64,000 nucleotides of DNA, taken from the NCBI GenBank assembly GCA_027310185.1, contig DAIDBH010000018.1:224001-288000 (forward strand), read 5' to 3'. Source of the DNA: Thermoplasmatales archaeon. GTDB lineage: Archaea; Thermoplasmatota; Thermoplasmata; Thermoplasmatales; Thermoplasmataceae. Below the pieces are notes generated by a model. The model saw nothing but the letters and a program-made list of their open reading frames with translations, made no database searches and was not told the DNA's origin. Shown here one piece after another: positions 1 through 10,296 of this stretch; position 1 is the first letter of the stretch, and each line of letters begins with the position of its first letter. Made by a program: the position numbers and the translations under genes.

Positions 1-299
1 CCATTGCTGAAGCTGCTCTGATCGGTGGAATGGGTGGTGCCATTCTGAATGAAAGTATCCTTACAGGGCAGAATGCAATAGCACTTCTTACAAATGTATC
101 AGTCGCAATACCCGATCACGATGCTGTGCTATCAGTGATTAAAGCACTGAATGCGATTTATAAACTAGGAATAAAAACAGCGGTGCTTGAGGAGAGCGTG
201 AAGAAGATACACGAAGAAATATCAAAAGTAGCAAGTGAATATAAGGCAGCAACTGCTGAACAGGATTCAGTCTCTGGTCCAGATTCAATATACAGGTGA
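1..299 (+). CDS. PAC2/proteasome assembly chaperone family protein, C-terminal part (runs off window start)
   Basis: IGGMGGAILNE...ALL...PD..A..SVIKALN..Y.L.I pattern of the archaeal PAC2 family; typical C-terminal YR tail. Confidence 0.7.
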   Translation, partial: IAEAALIGGMGGAILNESILTGQNAIALLTNVSVAIPDHDAVLSVIKALNAIYKLGIKTAVLEESVKKIHEEISKVASEYKAATAEQDSVSGPDSIYR

Positions 300-309
300 A
301 AATGCAGAA

Positions 310-1323
310 ATGATAAAAGTGGCTATTAATGGATATGGAACAATCGGCAGAAGAGTGGCTGACGCAGTCAGAGCCCAGAAAGATATGTCTGTGGCCGGGG
401 TAGTGAAAAGAAAACCAGATTATGTAGCCAGGGAAGCTGCAAGAAATTATCGTATATTCTCGAGTGATAAAGAAACACTGAAGGCTTTCTCGCAATCAAA
501 TATTGAAGCTGAAGGAACAATGGAGGAACTTCTGGATGACGTGGATATTGTAGTGGATGCAACCCCAGAAGGACAGGGAGAAAAAAATATACAGATATAC
601 AAGACGGCAGGGAAAAAGGCAATATTCCAGGGGGGAGAATCGGCTGCACTTGTAGAAGCCAGTTTTAATGCCTATGGTAATTTTGTGGATTCATGGGGAA
701 AAGATTATGTACGCGTTGTTTCATGCAACACAACTGCCATGGCCAGGACAGTTTCAGCATGCATGCAGAAGTTTGGTGTACGAAAAGTTGAGGCAACTAT
801 AGTCAGAAGGGCAACTGATCCAAATGACAGCAAGAAGGGGCCAATAAACGCAATAGAGCCATCTCTAGGGTTTCCATCACACCATGGGCCAGATCTGAAG
901 ACCGTATTAAAAATAGGGGAAGCCAATACGGTGGCAATAAAGGTACCAACGACCCTCATGCATGTACACGTGGTGAATCTAACACTGGAAAAGACCATCA
1001 CACAGGATGATACACTGGATCTTTTCAGGGAATATGGAAGAATAATAACTGTATCAGGAAAGGAAGGGCTCACATCAACTGCCCAGCTGATGGACCTGGG
1101 AAAGGAAATGGGCAGGAAGAGAGGCGACCTCTTCGAGATACCTGTCTGGAAGGAATCTATATATGCAAATAACGATAATTTAAGATATATACAGGCAGTA
1201 CATCAGGAGAGTGATGTGGTTCCTGAAAACATTGATGCCATTAGATCAATGCTTCAGGAAAGGGACAGGGAATCATCCATAGAAGAAACAGATAAGGCAA
1301 TGGAAATCAGGGGGAAAAATTAA
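310..1323 (+). CDS. gap: Glyceraldehyde-3-phosphate dehydrogenase, archaeal type II
   Basis: [19 protein letters not shown] Rossmann motif, catalytic VVSCNTT, SHHGPD, QAVHQES; ATG at 310 follows GGTGA. Confidence 0.97.
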   Translation: MIKVAINGYGTIGRRVADAVRAQKDMSVAGVVKRKPDYVAREAARNYRIFSSDKETLKAFSQSNIEAEGTMEELLDDVDIVVDATPEGQGEKNIQIYKTAGKKAIFQGGESAALVEASFNAYGNFVDSWGKDYVRVVSCNTTAMARTVSACMQKFGVRKVEATIVRRATDPNDSKKGPINAIEPSLGFPSHHGPDLKTVLKIGEANTVAIKVPTTLMHVHVVNLTLEKTITQDDTLDLFREYGRIITVSGKEGLTSTAQLMDLGKEMGRKRGDLFEIPVWKESIYANNDNLRYIQAVHQESDVVPENIDAIRSMLQERDRESSIEETDKAMEIRGKN

Positions 1324-2318
1324 TGGAAAAAAATGAAAAGATAAAAAAAGAAGAGGAAGCAAAGGACGAAAGCAAGAAATTGACAATTGAAGATATTCCA
1401 GGTGTAGGTGAAGCAACAGCTGAGAAGCTCAGGGAAAACGGTCTTGATGATATAATGGCCATTGCGACCGCCTCTCCAAAGGATGTTTCTGAGCTTACCG
1501 GGATAGGTGAAGGCTCAGTGGCAAAGATCATTTCAGCGGCGAGAAAAATTGCTGATATAGGAAACTTTGAAACTGGAGAAGAGATATTCCAAAAAAGAAA
1601 GGATGTTTTAAGACTGACAACAGGGAGCAACAATCTTGATACACTACTTGGAGGTGGCCTTGAAACCCAGTCAATTACAGAATTCTTTGGAGAATTTGGT
1701 TCCGGGAAAACCCAGATTATGCATCAGCTTGCTGTGAACTGCACTATGCCGGAAGAAAAAGGCGGATTCAACTCTGATGTTCTGATCATAGACACTGAAA
1801 ATACATTCAGGCCTGAAAGAATCATTCAGATGTCCAAGTACAGGGAACTGGATTCTGATGAAGTATTGAGGAGAATACACGTGGCAAGAGCATATAATTC
1901 ACACCACCAGATACTTCTAGGTGAAAAAGCAAGTGAGATGGCGAAGGAATACAAGGCTAAACTTCTGATTGTTGACTCACTCACATCGCATTTTCGTTCA
2001 GAATATATGGGAAGAGGATCACTTTCAGAAAGACAGCAACTGCTAAACAGGCATATGCATGATCTGCTGAGATTTGGGACACTCCAGAATGCAGTCATAG
2101 CAGTTACCAACCAGGTTGCCGCAAGACCCGATGTATTCTTCGGTGATCCAACGGCACCTATTGGAGGAAATATAGTAGGACACACGGCAACATTCAGGAT
2201 ATATCTGAGAAAGGGAAAGGCCGGGAAGAGGATTGCAAGACTGATAGACTCTCCATACTTACCGGAAGGAGAAGCCGTGATTCAGGTATCAGAAGATGGA
2301 ATAATAGATGGAACATAG
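1323..2318 (+). CDS. radA: DNA repair and recombination protein RadA
   Basis: N-terminal HhH (IEDIPGVG), Walker [33 protein letters not shown]; no intein. Confidence 0.98.
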   Translation: MEKNEKIKKEEEAKDESKKLTIEDIPGVGEATAEKLRENGLDDIMAIATASPKDVSELTGIGEGSVAKIISAARKIADIGNFETGEEIFQKRKDVLRLTTGSNNLDTLLGGGLETQSITEFFGEFGSGKTQIMHQLAVNCTMPEEKGGFNSDVLIIDTENTFRPERIIQMSKYRELDSDEVLRRIHVARAYNSHHQILLGEKASEMAKEYKAKLLIVDSLTSHFRSEYMGRGSLSERQQLLNRHMHDLLRFGTLQNAVIAVTNQVAARPDVFFGDPTAPIGGNIVGHTATFRIYLRKGKAGKRIARLIDSPYLPEGEAVIQVSEDGIIDGT

Positions 2319-2850
2319 GAGGGAAATGAACATGTGGGATTTGATAAACAATGCCTTTGGCAAGTACCCTTCTCAGATGAAGATAATAAAATATTTGATG
2401 AACTACGGGTTTTCTGTAAATGAGAAATTTGATGGTGAATTCTCACTATACAGTGGTAAAGTAGAAGTGAGACCAAGCTCTCTAGCAGAAGCAATTGACG
2501 TGGATAAGCGAGTTGTAATACAGGTCATAAAAAAAATCAGGGAGGACCCGAAGCTTTTTGAATTCTTCAAGAAACTGAAGCCAATAGCAGATATGAGCAG
2601 TGCAAGCTCCAAGCTTCTGGATCTGGGAATCATTGAAATAAAAGCAGAAGACCCCTCAAAACCTGGAATAATAAGTTCTGTTATCAATTTAATTTCCAGC
2701 AGAGGGATTGGAATAAGGCAGGTAATGGTAAGTGATCCTATAATCAGTGATGAACCAGTTGGAAGAATAGTAACGGAAACGCCCATAACAACAGATCTCC
2801 TAAGTGAAATAAAGAAGATTAAGGGTATAGATTCTGTTGTAATGCTATAA
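2308..2850 (+). CDS. ACT-domain-containing predicted regulator of amino acid metabolism (archaeal)
   Basis: MW..I...[21 protein letters not shown]-like segment, C-terminal ACT ([19 protein letters not shown]); true start probably 2326 or 2332. Confidence 0.8.
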   Translation: MEHRREMNMWDLINNAFGKYPSQMKIIKYLMNYGFSVNEKFDGEFSLYSGKVEVRPSSLAEAIDVDKRVVIQVIKKIREDPKLFEFFKKLKPIADMSSASSKLLDLGIIEIKAEDPSKPGIISSVINLISSRGIGIRQVMVSDPIISDEPVGRIVTETPITTDLLSEIKKIKGIDSVVML

Positions 2851-2863
2851 ATGAGGTAAAAGT

Positions 2864-3235
2864 ATGGCATTAATTGGAAAAAAAGGACAAAAAGAACAGG
2901 ATTTGGATGATACAATAGAATATCTGGACCTTCAGGACTACCGGTTTGACACATCTCAGGAAAATGGAAGCCTGAAGTCCATAAAAGTGGTCGATGTAGA
3001 AAGGGCTGATCATGTGTCAAGAGCAGCTAAACTGGCTTACCAAAAAAATATTGTAATCATAGACATCAGCAACGCCAATAAGGACCCAAACAATACAAAC
3101 CAGATTGATGTATCCATTAGGAAGCTTGTAAAGGATATCAACGGTGATTTTGGAAAGCTTGGTGAATTCTATTATATCATAACACCATCTGACGTTTTCC
3201 TTGATAAGAAAAAGGTCAGGGACGATTATATCTAG
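2864..3235 (+). CDS. sepF: Cell division protein SepF (archaeal)
   Basis: EYLDL, NIVIIDIS, LVKDINGDFGKLGE, YYIITPSDV match the archaeal SepF core. Confidence 0.85.
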   Translation: MALIGKKGQKEQDLDDTIEYLDLQDYRFDTSQENGSLKSIKVVDVERADHVSRAAKLAYQKNIVIIDISNANKDPNNTNQIDVSIRKLVKDINGDFGKLGEFYYIITPSDVFLDKKKVRDDYI

Positions 3236-3327
3236 ATTTATTGCTAAACTTATTTATTATAAGAAATAATTCTTAATTCGTGAAATTGGAGTTCAGTTTT
3301 ATTATTAGGCGTTTCCTTTATTAAATT

Positions 3328-3658
3328 GGTTCTCTTCAGTTTATTGTGGGTAACTTCAATCCACCTGTCACAAGATATCTGATCGTATCCCTGTATTCAT
3401 TAGTTCTGAAGCCATAGGAACGCTTGAATGCAGTTTTGATCTGTTGTTTAATCCCTCTACGACAGCTGAATTGATGCCTGTTCTTATGGCTTCCATGATG
3501 CCATCAATATGTCTCTTCATTGTTTTTCCAGGCTTTACAACAATATCCTTCATTCTTGATCGTACTGCCCATGATATTCATTTTTTCACATACTCTTCAG
3601 CAAATGTTACGTTCGGGATCGATAATCTCTGCAACGCAATCTTGAAGTGAAGAGATCC
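3328..3658 (-). mobile_element. Internally deleted ISL3-family element (MITE-like) with both terminal inverted repeats
   Basis: IRs GGTTCTCTTCAGTT (3328) and reverse-complement GGATCTCTTCACTT (ending 3658); frameshifted transposase C-terminus NSAVVEGLNNR/KTAFKRSYGFRT. Confidence 0.85.
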
Positions 3659-4148
3659 ATTTCCTTTAAATCACATAATAGACCATTGAACTTTTCTGAA
3701 TTTTATTCCTTTTATTAGCTATTTTACTGATTATGGTAGTGTATGTGTTTGAATGAATATTACATACATTGCAAGGCTATATGAATACTGTACCAGACTG
3801 GGAAATGAAATACAAACCATGCTGTGTCATTACTCAGTGTGAAAAGCAATTACTATGCTTACTTGCACCGGAACACAATTCAAGAAGTATATACATATTG
3901 AGGACAATATCCAGAATCTGTTTTCTGCAACAAGAACAATGCCAACATTCGTAGGTGTATAACTAGGATTAATAAGGAATGTTTCTGAAAATGGCAAAAG
4001 GCCTGATGTAAGATCTGAAAACTGTTCCTGTAATATTATATATAAAAGCTTGGGTTAAGAATTAAATTTTCATTCATGGAAAAAACAAATTTGGATATAT
4101 TAGTATTTAAGGTTAAATAAAAAATAATTTTGATTTCCATATGTTGAT

Positions 4149-4409
4149 TCATTGATTACTCTCTAACCCTATGAAAACTGCTAGTTTCTTGAGCAGAAAA
4201 ATGATAATCTGCATTATAAGTGCAACAACTGAAAATACAAATGCAATGTATGACATTGCCCCTTCCCACTGAATTGCTGACCCAAATGCTGTGAGATCGG
4301 TAGGCGTAATTGATGCTAATATGTCCAGATAAATTAGATAAAAAACCACTATTGCAATCACATTAATTAAAAGACCAACATACACACCATTTAATTTAAT
4401 TCTCGCCAT
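4149..4409 (-). CDS. Small membrane protein, two predicted TM helices
   Basis: 86-aa ORF with two hydrophobic segments and a TATA-like sequence upstream. Confidence 0.6.
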   Translation of the reverse strand: MARIKLNGVYVGLLINVIAIVVFYLIYLDILASITPTDLTAFGSAIQWEGAMSYIAFVFSVVALIMQIIIFLLKKLAVFIGLESNQ

Positions 4410-4638
4410 GAACGCTACTTAATCAAAATGTATATCTTATATTTTTCTATGATCACTCCCTAGATATCATGAAGTCAAACAGTAATACTCAAATTTATTG
4501 TACAGGAAATAAAGAAGAGCACAAGTAAAATAGTAACAATACAAACACATAGAAACTTCTATGTTGGTACAATTAATTTATCGAACATAAGGCGGATGAT
4601 GAAATCAGATTTATCCATGATTCTTGAGGAGAGATAAA

Positions 4639-6099
4639 ATGAAAAAGCTCGAAAGGTGTATTGAAAGCATGTAATACATTTTTAGTCTCAATAGATACTG
4701 GCAAGAAGGAAAACAAAGCAACTTGCATAGCACCCGAATGGTTGGAGAAGGAAGGATTCAAGTTTTCCATGAATATGGGAGATACGCTGAAGTTGCAAGG
4801 CAGATGCCGCCTGGGGCAAAAATAGCATTCGAAGTATCCGTATCTGCATATGCAGTATTCAAACCTCTGAGAGATTTGGCGTAGTCAGAAACAACAGTGG
4901 CTCATCTAAAGCAACTTTCATGGCCAACAAAATCAAAGAAGAAAGACAGGGTTGATTCCGTTAAACTCGTGAAAATGGATTTCGTGGACATGATACGAGA
5001 ATCCCATCTTCTTGAGGAGGATAAGAGGATATTTTGTCATTTCCCATTCGTAGGGGTAGGCTTGTAAAGTCTATCTAATTTTTTATGATACACCTATAGA
5101 TACCAGTGATAATTTTTCTGAGAAGAGGAGAAAAGTAATAAATGAGATTATGTTAAACAACCAGAAATGTCTTGTCCTTAAAACAATGCTAGACAGACTT
5201 GAATTCTTTGAGAAGCATAGCATTTCACCAGAAAGAGAAATATGAGGGGAAGCCAGAGAAACCGAAGATGTTAAGCTCCTCATGTGAATGCCCTGAATAG
5301 ATTACTATCTTGCACCTCTCCTTTCATCCTACGTTGGAAATGTGAAGAGATTTGAAACCAGTGTTAAACTTGCTTCATTCTTCGGCAATTAACAAGCGGT
5401 AATCCTGCAACAGCAAATAAGAAACTTGACCAAATCATGGAAAGTACCGATCTTACGATCAACACGGGAAAGAGCCGTATAGTCAAGCACAAGAAAGTTT
5501 TTGTTTTCTTAGGCTTCAAGTTTGTGAGACAGTATTCCTCATGAAAAAGTGGGAGGTGACCAGATGGGTCCCCTGCCAGTTAATCCGAACTGAAGATACG
5601 CAACAACATGCACAACTTGAGGAGAAAACAGTGCTCAATCACTAACAACGCCATAGGAGGGAATAGGAAACACTCATCTCCATACCGATGGGATGGAGTA
5701 ACTAATTCGTCCACAGTCCCGTATCCAAATCGTTTTTAGATGTATGGAACTATGCACAAAGTAGATTGTTGTATATGTACCGCTACTATCACAACATACA
5801 ACGCAAATCAAAAACCAAAGACATTCCAAACCATATACTTTCCATCATTAACGCTATACCATCTACATTTCTAGGAAAATACCTAATCTCATATCATGAA
5901 AGCAGTAGGTAGCCGGTTGTGGAAATCAATCAGTCCGGTTAAAAGAGCAAGTTCCTGGTAGTTTCAGAGCTTTCCTCCCAATTTTAAGATGATAAAGCTC
6001 ACTAGGATGATATTCACTATGCTTATGGAACTAATGGAGTGTAAGTATGAAAGTTACGCATTAATTCAGGACAAGATATCAAAGCTGGAGGAGACATGA
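4639..6099 (+). pseudogene. Degraded IS110-family transposase, interrupted by a group II intron fragment
   Basis: Fragments across frames: VSIDTGK, IAFE, KKKDRVDSVKL (DEDD RuvC-like), VGNVKRFETSVKLASFFG, and C-terminal KLTRMIFTML after 5990; many stops and frameshifts. Confidence 0.85.
5400..5982 (+). mobile_element. Group II intron remnant (RT6/7, maturase X domain, ribozyme domains V-VI)
   Basis: LTINTGKSRIV...FVFLGFKFVR (RT7), GWSN*F...RL..MYR (X domain), domain V AGCCGG-TTGTGGAAATCAATCAGT-CCGGTT at 5911-5940, AY-type end ..CTCCCAAT near 5982. Confidence 0.8.
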
Positions 6100-6586
6100 A
6101 ATGCCCTGATAAACGAGATATCTCACATGGATTTTACACACAAGATTGACTCATGAACCCTTTTTAGTGAGGGCCAGTATCTGTCTTCTCTGTATTAGCA
6201 GATCGTATAATTGAATATTATGCGTGTTTGCGAAAAGGCAGAGGGAGGAACTCCCGTTCCAGGTTCCCAAGAATATTACAACAAGTGAAAGAGATTAAAA
6301 ATATAACAAAAGAGGACGTAGCTGAGAATTTACATGAGTGACGGCAATCATTAAAGTAATTACCAAAAAATTATGAAATGTCAATTTTTCAAATACACGA
6401 ATGTATCCACTAATGAATATATGTTCTGGAGGTCGCACAGCACTCACGTAAAAGTGGAATTATATCATTCTTTAACTACGCGAAAGTTCGAAGAGCAAAA
6501 AACATATTATCTCAACGAAAAATGAGCGACACAAGGACTCTCAAAACATTTTCTAGGAAATTGAATTTAATAATCAACATATATAA

Positions 6587-9220
6587 ATGTTCATAGTCGA
6601 GGGAAATGGTTTATATAACATGATAAGCATACGCACGATAATGAATAAAAAGAAGTTTGTCATAGCTATGGTCTTCTCTTTGCTCATGCTGGGTTCGGCA
6701 TTTGCCATATCCGCATTAGCTTCAGGAGGATCTCAGATTGTTTTAACTGGAGGCCAAAGTGGGCCAGTTCTTAATGGTGAACCGAGCACATCTACAAGTT
6801 CAACGCCTTGGAGTATGCCGACAACCACCATGCAGGAACCAAGCTACACGAACGGAACGTTTAAAATGGGTATCGACTGTAATGTGAATTCGTTAAATCC
6901 ATTCCAAGAGACAACTTATTGTGATGCCTATGTCGTGGAAGAACTCTATGACGGGTTATATAACACACTGCCAAATGGACATGTTGTTCCATGGCTTGCA
7001 ACCAATTATTCTGTACAGCACGTAACCTCAAACAACCAGACGTACGATTTGCTGACTAACACAACAGTGAACTACTCATACGTATATACGATACATCTAA
7101 GGCCTTATGTTCAGTGGACTGACTGGACTCCAGCAAATGCCTCACAGACATACACATTCTCAAACGTGCTGCACTATTACTATAACGGAAACATGACAAC
7201 GCACGTATACAAATCCTACAAGAACACAACAATGAAGAAATATTACCTGCAGTCAGGTGATGTAGTCCAGTCCTTTAGAATGCAGCAATCATGCGGAGAT
7301 TGGCCAAATGTTGTGAGTGTTGTGCCGGACGGGAATCTAAGCGTTAAAGTTTTTGTTTCTTCGCAAACCCTGTTGCTATTTACGAGCGACTTCGAGAACA
7401 ATGTACTACCTTACCACATATGGATAAAACATGACTTTACATCTGTAAATGGGTTGTATAACTACACACCTGGACTAACATCAGGTAATGGATGGTATGA
7501 CTGGAACATGGGATGGAACACAGCTACTGGAAGATCACCGGGATCAGTTGGTACTGGGCCATTTATGGTACAGAATAGTTATGGAATGCCACAAGGTGCA
7601 ATAATACCAAGCCATGTTGAAACAATGTACGTAAATCCACACTACTTTGTGCAATATGCAAACAAAACAAGTGGACTCAGACAGTACACTCCAAAGATAT
7701 ATGAGATAGATGAACCGTTCTACAGTTCAGAATCCTCGATGATAGCAGCATATCAGAAAGGTCAGATAGACACGACTTCATCAGCACCGACTCCAAACTT
7801 CCTGCCCCAGATTCAATCAACGCCAGGCTCTTACATATATCACAAGACCTCCAGTGCATATGGTTACCTAAGGTTAAACACAAGAGTAGCACCTATGAAT
7901 GTAACTGCATTTAGACAGGCGCTGAACTATGCCACGCCAACAGCATACATAGCCAGTGCAATTAGCGATGGATATGCAATTCTGTCGTCCGACCCAGTAA
8001 ACCCTGGGAACACATTGTATTATAACTCATCGTCTCCCCTCTACACCCTTAACATGGCAAAAGCGAAAAGCCTCATAAACTCAATACCTGGGATGGACAA
8101 CGTCTCTGGAACATTGGAATACTACGGAAAGCCAGTTTCACTGACCATACAAACTACCGTTGGTTCAGTCGCACCAGACAACATAGAGGGAATTGATGCT
8201 ACGGAGAAATACTGGAATCAACTTGGAATATCCGTAACCCTGAAGGAAGAAGCGTTTACAACACTCATATCAAACATTGACGGAACAATATCATCTAACA
8301 ACAACCTGTACCAGATAGGCGATCTCGGAATCAGTACTCCTATAGGCGATCCAGCTCTTGATTGCCGTGTTTCCCTCAACCCAAAATATGGTATACCGAC
8401 CGGCAGCTATGTAGGGCCATTTTCTAGCATGACAGTTAATGGAAAGTTACTCAATGGGACGCAGGTACAGGATCTGTTCAATAACATAACAGCAAAAATA
8501 GTCAGTTCAGACTCACTTCCAAATGCAGAAAAGGAAGTTAAATATCTTCAGACTCTAATGATTCAACAGGCAACAATGATCAACCTTGGATATTTTGTCG
8601 ACCTCATACCAGAACAAACAAACGGATTCACTAACTACTCTCACACGAACGCGGATGCATCATATCTTTACTGGTACTGGCAGTTCTTTTCATTAGAGCA
8701 CACCAAATCAGCTGCGGTCAAGTATCCGTACTACCTCACAGTTAAAGCAACTGTAAGCTCTGGTACAACTCAGTACGACAATGAAACATCTACAATTTCC
8801 TTTACCGTATTGAATGGAACGACGCCTGTATCTGGAGCAACAGTCTTAGTTGGAATATCAGCTACATATGGTGGTATATTCAACATAACTTCAACAAATC
8901 TTGTCACCAATTCCAACGGAGTGGCAAATTTCGAATATGAAGTGAAGGATTTGAACAATTTGCTTGAAACTACTAACAGCACTGGGGCTGTAGTCCACAT
9001 TGGATCGGAGGATGTGAATATCACTGGTATCGCAGAAATTCCTCACTCAACTACAGTTGGATCAGGAAACGCGACAGTTGAACTGACACTAATGCCAAAC
9101 AAACCAGTGTCAACATCAACTCCCACATTGGATTACATAGCAGTTGGAGTAGTTGTGGCTGTTGTTGTCATAGCTGGAGTAGCCTTTGCAATAATGAGAA
9201 AATCAAAGGTAAAATCCTAA
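6587..9220 (+). CDS. oppA: Oligopeptide ABC transporter substrate-binding protein (family 5) with C-terminal Ig-like domain and TM anchor
   Basis: Signal peptide (MNKKKFVIAMV, likely start 6641), SLNPF, VVPWLA, VGTGPF, AFRQALNYA; C-terminal PVSGATV/TNSNGVANF Ig-like region and TM plus KSKVKS. Confidence 0.92.
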   Translation: MFIVEGNGLYNMISIRTIMNKKKFVIAMVFSLLMLGSAFAISALASGGSQIVLTGGQSGPVLNGEPSTSTSSTPWSMPTTTMQEPSYTNGTFKMGIDCNVNSLNPFQETTYCDAYVVEELYDGLYNTLPNGHVVPWLATNYSVQHVTSNNQTYDLLTNTTVNYSYVYTIHLRPYVQWTDWTPANASQTYTFSNVLHYYYNGNMTTHVYKSYKNTTMKKYYLQSGDVVQSFRMQQSCGDWPNVVSVVPDGNLSVKVFVSSQTLLLFTSDFENNVLPYHIWIKHDFTSVNGLYNYTPGLTSGNGWYDWNMGWNTATGRSPGSVGTGPFMVQNSYGMPQGAIIPSHVETMYVNPHYFVQYANKTSGLRQYTPKIYEIDEPFYSSESSMIAAYQKGQIDTTSSAPTPNFLPQIQSTPGSYIYHKTSSAYGYLRLNTRVAPMNVTAFRQALNYATPTAYIASAISDGYAILSSDPVNPGNTLYYNSSSPLYTLNMAKAKSLINSIPGMDNVSGTLEYYGKPVSLTIQTTVGSVAPDNIEGIDATEKYWNQLGISVTLKEEAFTTLISNIDGTISSNNNLYQIGDLGISTPIGDPALDCRVSLNPKYGIPTGSYVGPFSSMTVNGKLLNGTQVQDLFNNITAKIVSSDSLPNAEKEVKYLQTLMIQQATMINLGYFVDLIPEQTNGFTNYSHTNADASYLYWYWQFFSLEHTKSAAVKYPYYLTVKATVSSGTTQYDNETSTISFTVLNGTTPVSGATVLVGISATYGGIFNITSTNLVTNSNGVANFEYEVKDLNNLLETTNSTGAVVHIGSEDVNITGIAEIPHSTTVGSGNATVELTLMPNKPVSTSTPTLDYIAVGVVVAVVVIAGVAFAIMRKSKVKS

Positions 9221-9229
9221 TTTTTTTTT
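9221..9229 (+). terminator. Poly-T archaeal terminator/attenuator after the binding-protein gene
   Basis: T9 run immediately after the stop codon, with a second T-run near 9248. Confidence 0.5.
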
Positions 9230-9280
9230 AACAAAGTTTTTAAAACATTTTTTTATACAATTTCAATATGAGGGAAATAA

Positions 9281-10273
9281 ATGAATATTTATCTATTAAC
9301 TAGGAAGATTATTCAAGCATTCGCATTGGTAGTCATAATGACTCTGATAATCTTTGTTGTATTCAGGCTGATGCCAGGCAACCCCGGATTATTATTATTG
9401 AAATCGGCCAACAAGACAGGAACACCGCTGAGTGCGAAGCAAAAGGAGGCCATACTGAGCACATTAGGTTTGCAGGATGGAAAATTCTCACTCGTAGACT
9501 TTGAGACATATCTCTACCAGATGTTCACATTCCATTGGGGAAGGGATTTCAACTCTCCCGGTCAGTATGTGTATAATGAAATTGCCAATGCACTTCCGTA
9601 CACTTTAGTACTCATAGTATCGTCCGCTCTGCTCTCCTTCGCAATAGGAATTCCTCTTGGAATAGTTGTTTCAAAGTGGAGGGGAGGAAAGAAGGAAGGG
9701 GTAATACTAACGACCAGTCTAATTCTAAATTCCATACCTTATTTCATCCTAGGCGTCATTCTATTCCTCTATCTGGCCGTATATTCAAGTGTATTGCCCT
9801 TGAAAGCCAGCGTTCCAATTACGTACATAACACAACCCTCATTAAGCACTTTTCCTACATTATTGTACCATATAGCATTGCCTTTCAGCACCTTGCTAAT
9901 AATAGAATCTATGGGGCACATGATCACCATGAGGGCAGCGATGGTTTCAACTCTAGGTGAAGACCACATAACAACTGCAAGGGCAAAGGGAGTGCCGGAG
10001 AAGTCAATACTTAGAAAACACGCGGCAAGGATCGCTGTTATTCCAGTAACAACCAGATTGGCATTGCAACTCTCATTTTTAATAAGTGGTTCGCTGATTG
10101 TTGCAATCATATTTAACTGGCCTGGAATGGGACCTCTTCTATATCATTCAGTGTTAAATGAGGACTATCCTCTTAGCGAAGCTTCAACATTTATAATATC
10201 TCTTCTGACAATAGTTGCATATTCATTGATTGACTACATACATGCGTGGTTAGACCCAAGGATTAAAGTATGA
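9281..10273 (+). CDS. oppB: Peptide ABC transporter permease
   Basis: RLMPGNP, EAA loop TARAKGVPEKSILRKHA, FNWPGMG, LDPRIK. Confidence 0.95.
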   Translation: MNIYLLTRKIIQAFALVVIMTLIIFVVFRLMPGNPGLLLLKSANKTGTPLSAKQKEAILSTLGLQDGKFSLVDFETYLYQMFTFHWGRDFNSPGQYVYNEIANALPYTLVLIVSSALLSFAIGIPLGIVVSKWRGGKKEGVILTTSLILNSIPYFILGVILFLYLAVYSSVLPLKASVPITYITQPSLSTFPTLLYHIALPFSTLLIIESMGHMITMRAAMVSTLGEDHITTARAKGVPEKSILRKHAARIAVIPVTTRLALQLSFLISGSLIVAIIFNWPGMGPLLYHSVLNEDYPLSEASTFIISLLTIVAYSLIDYIHAWLDPRIKV

Positions 10274-10296
10274 TAATTCAGTTGTGGTGAAATAAC

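Noticed and set aside
1323-2318. Possible intein in RadA
   Set aside because: Normal length (331 aa) with contiguous Walker A region.
3700-4100. Short Cys-containing ORF 3769-3954
   Set aside because: No coherent motif or RBS; probably decayed sequence.
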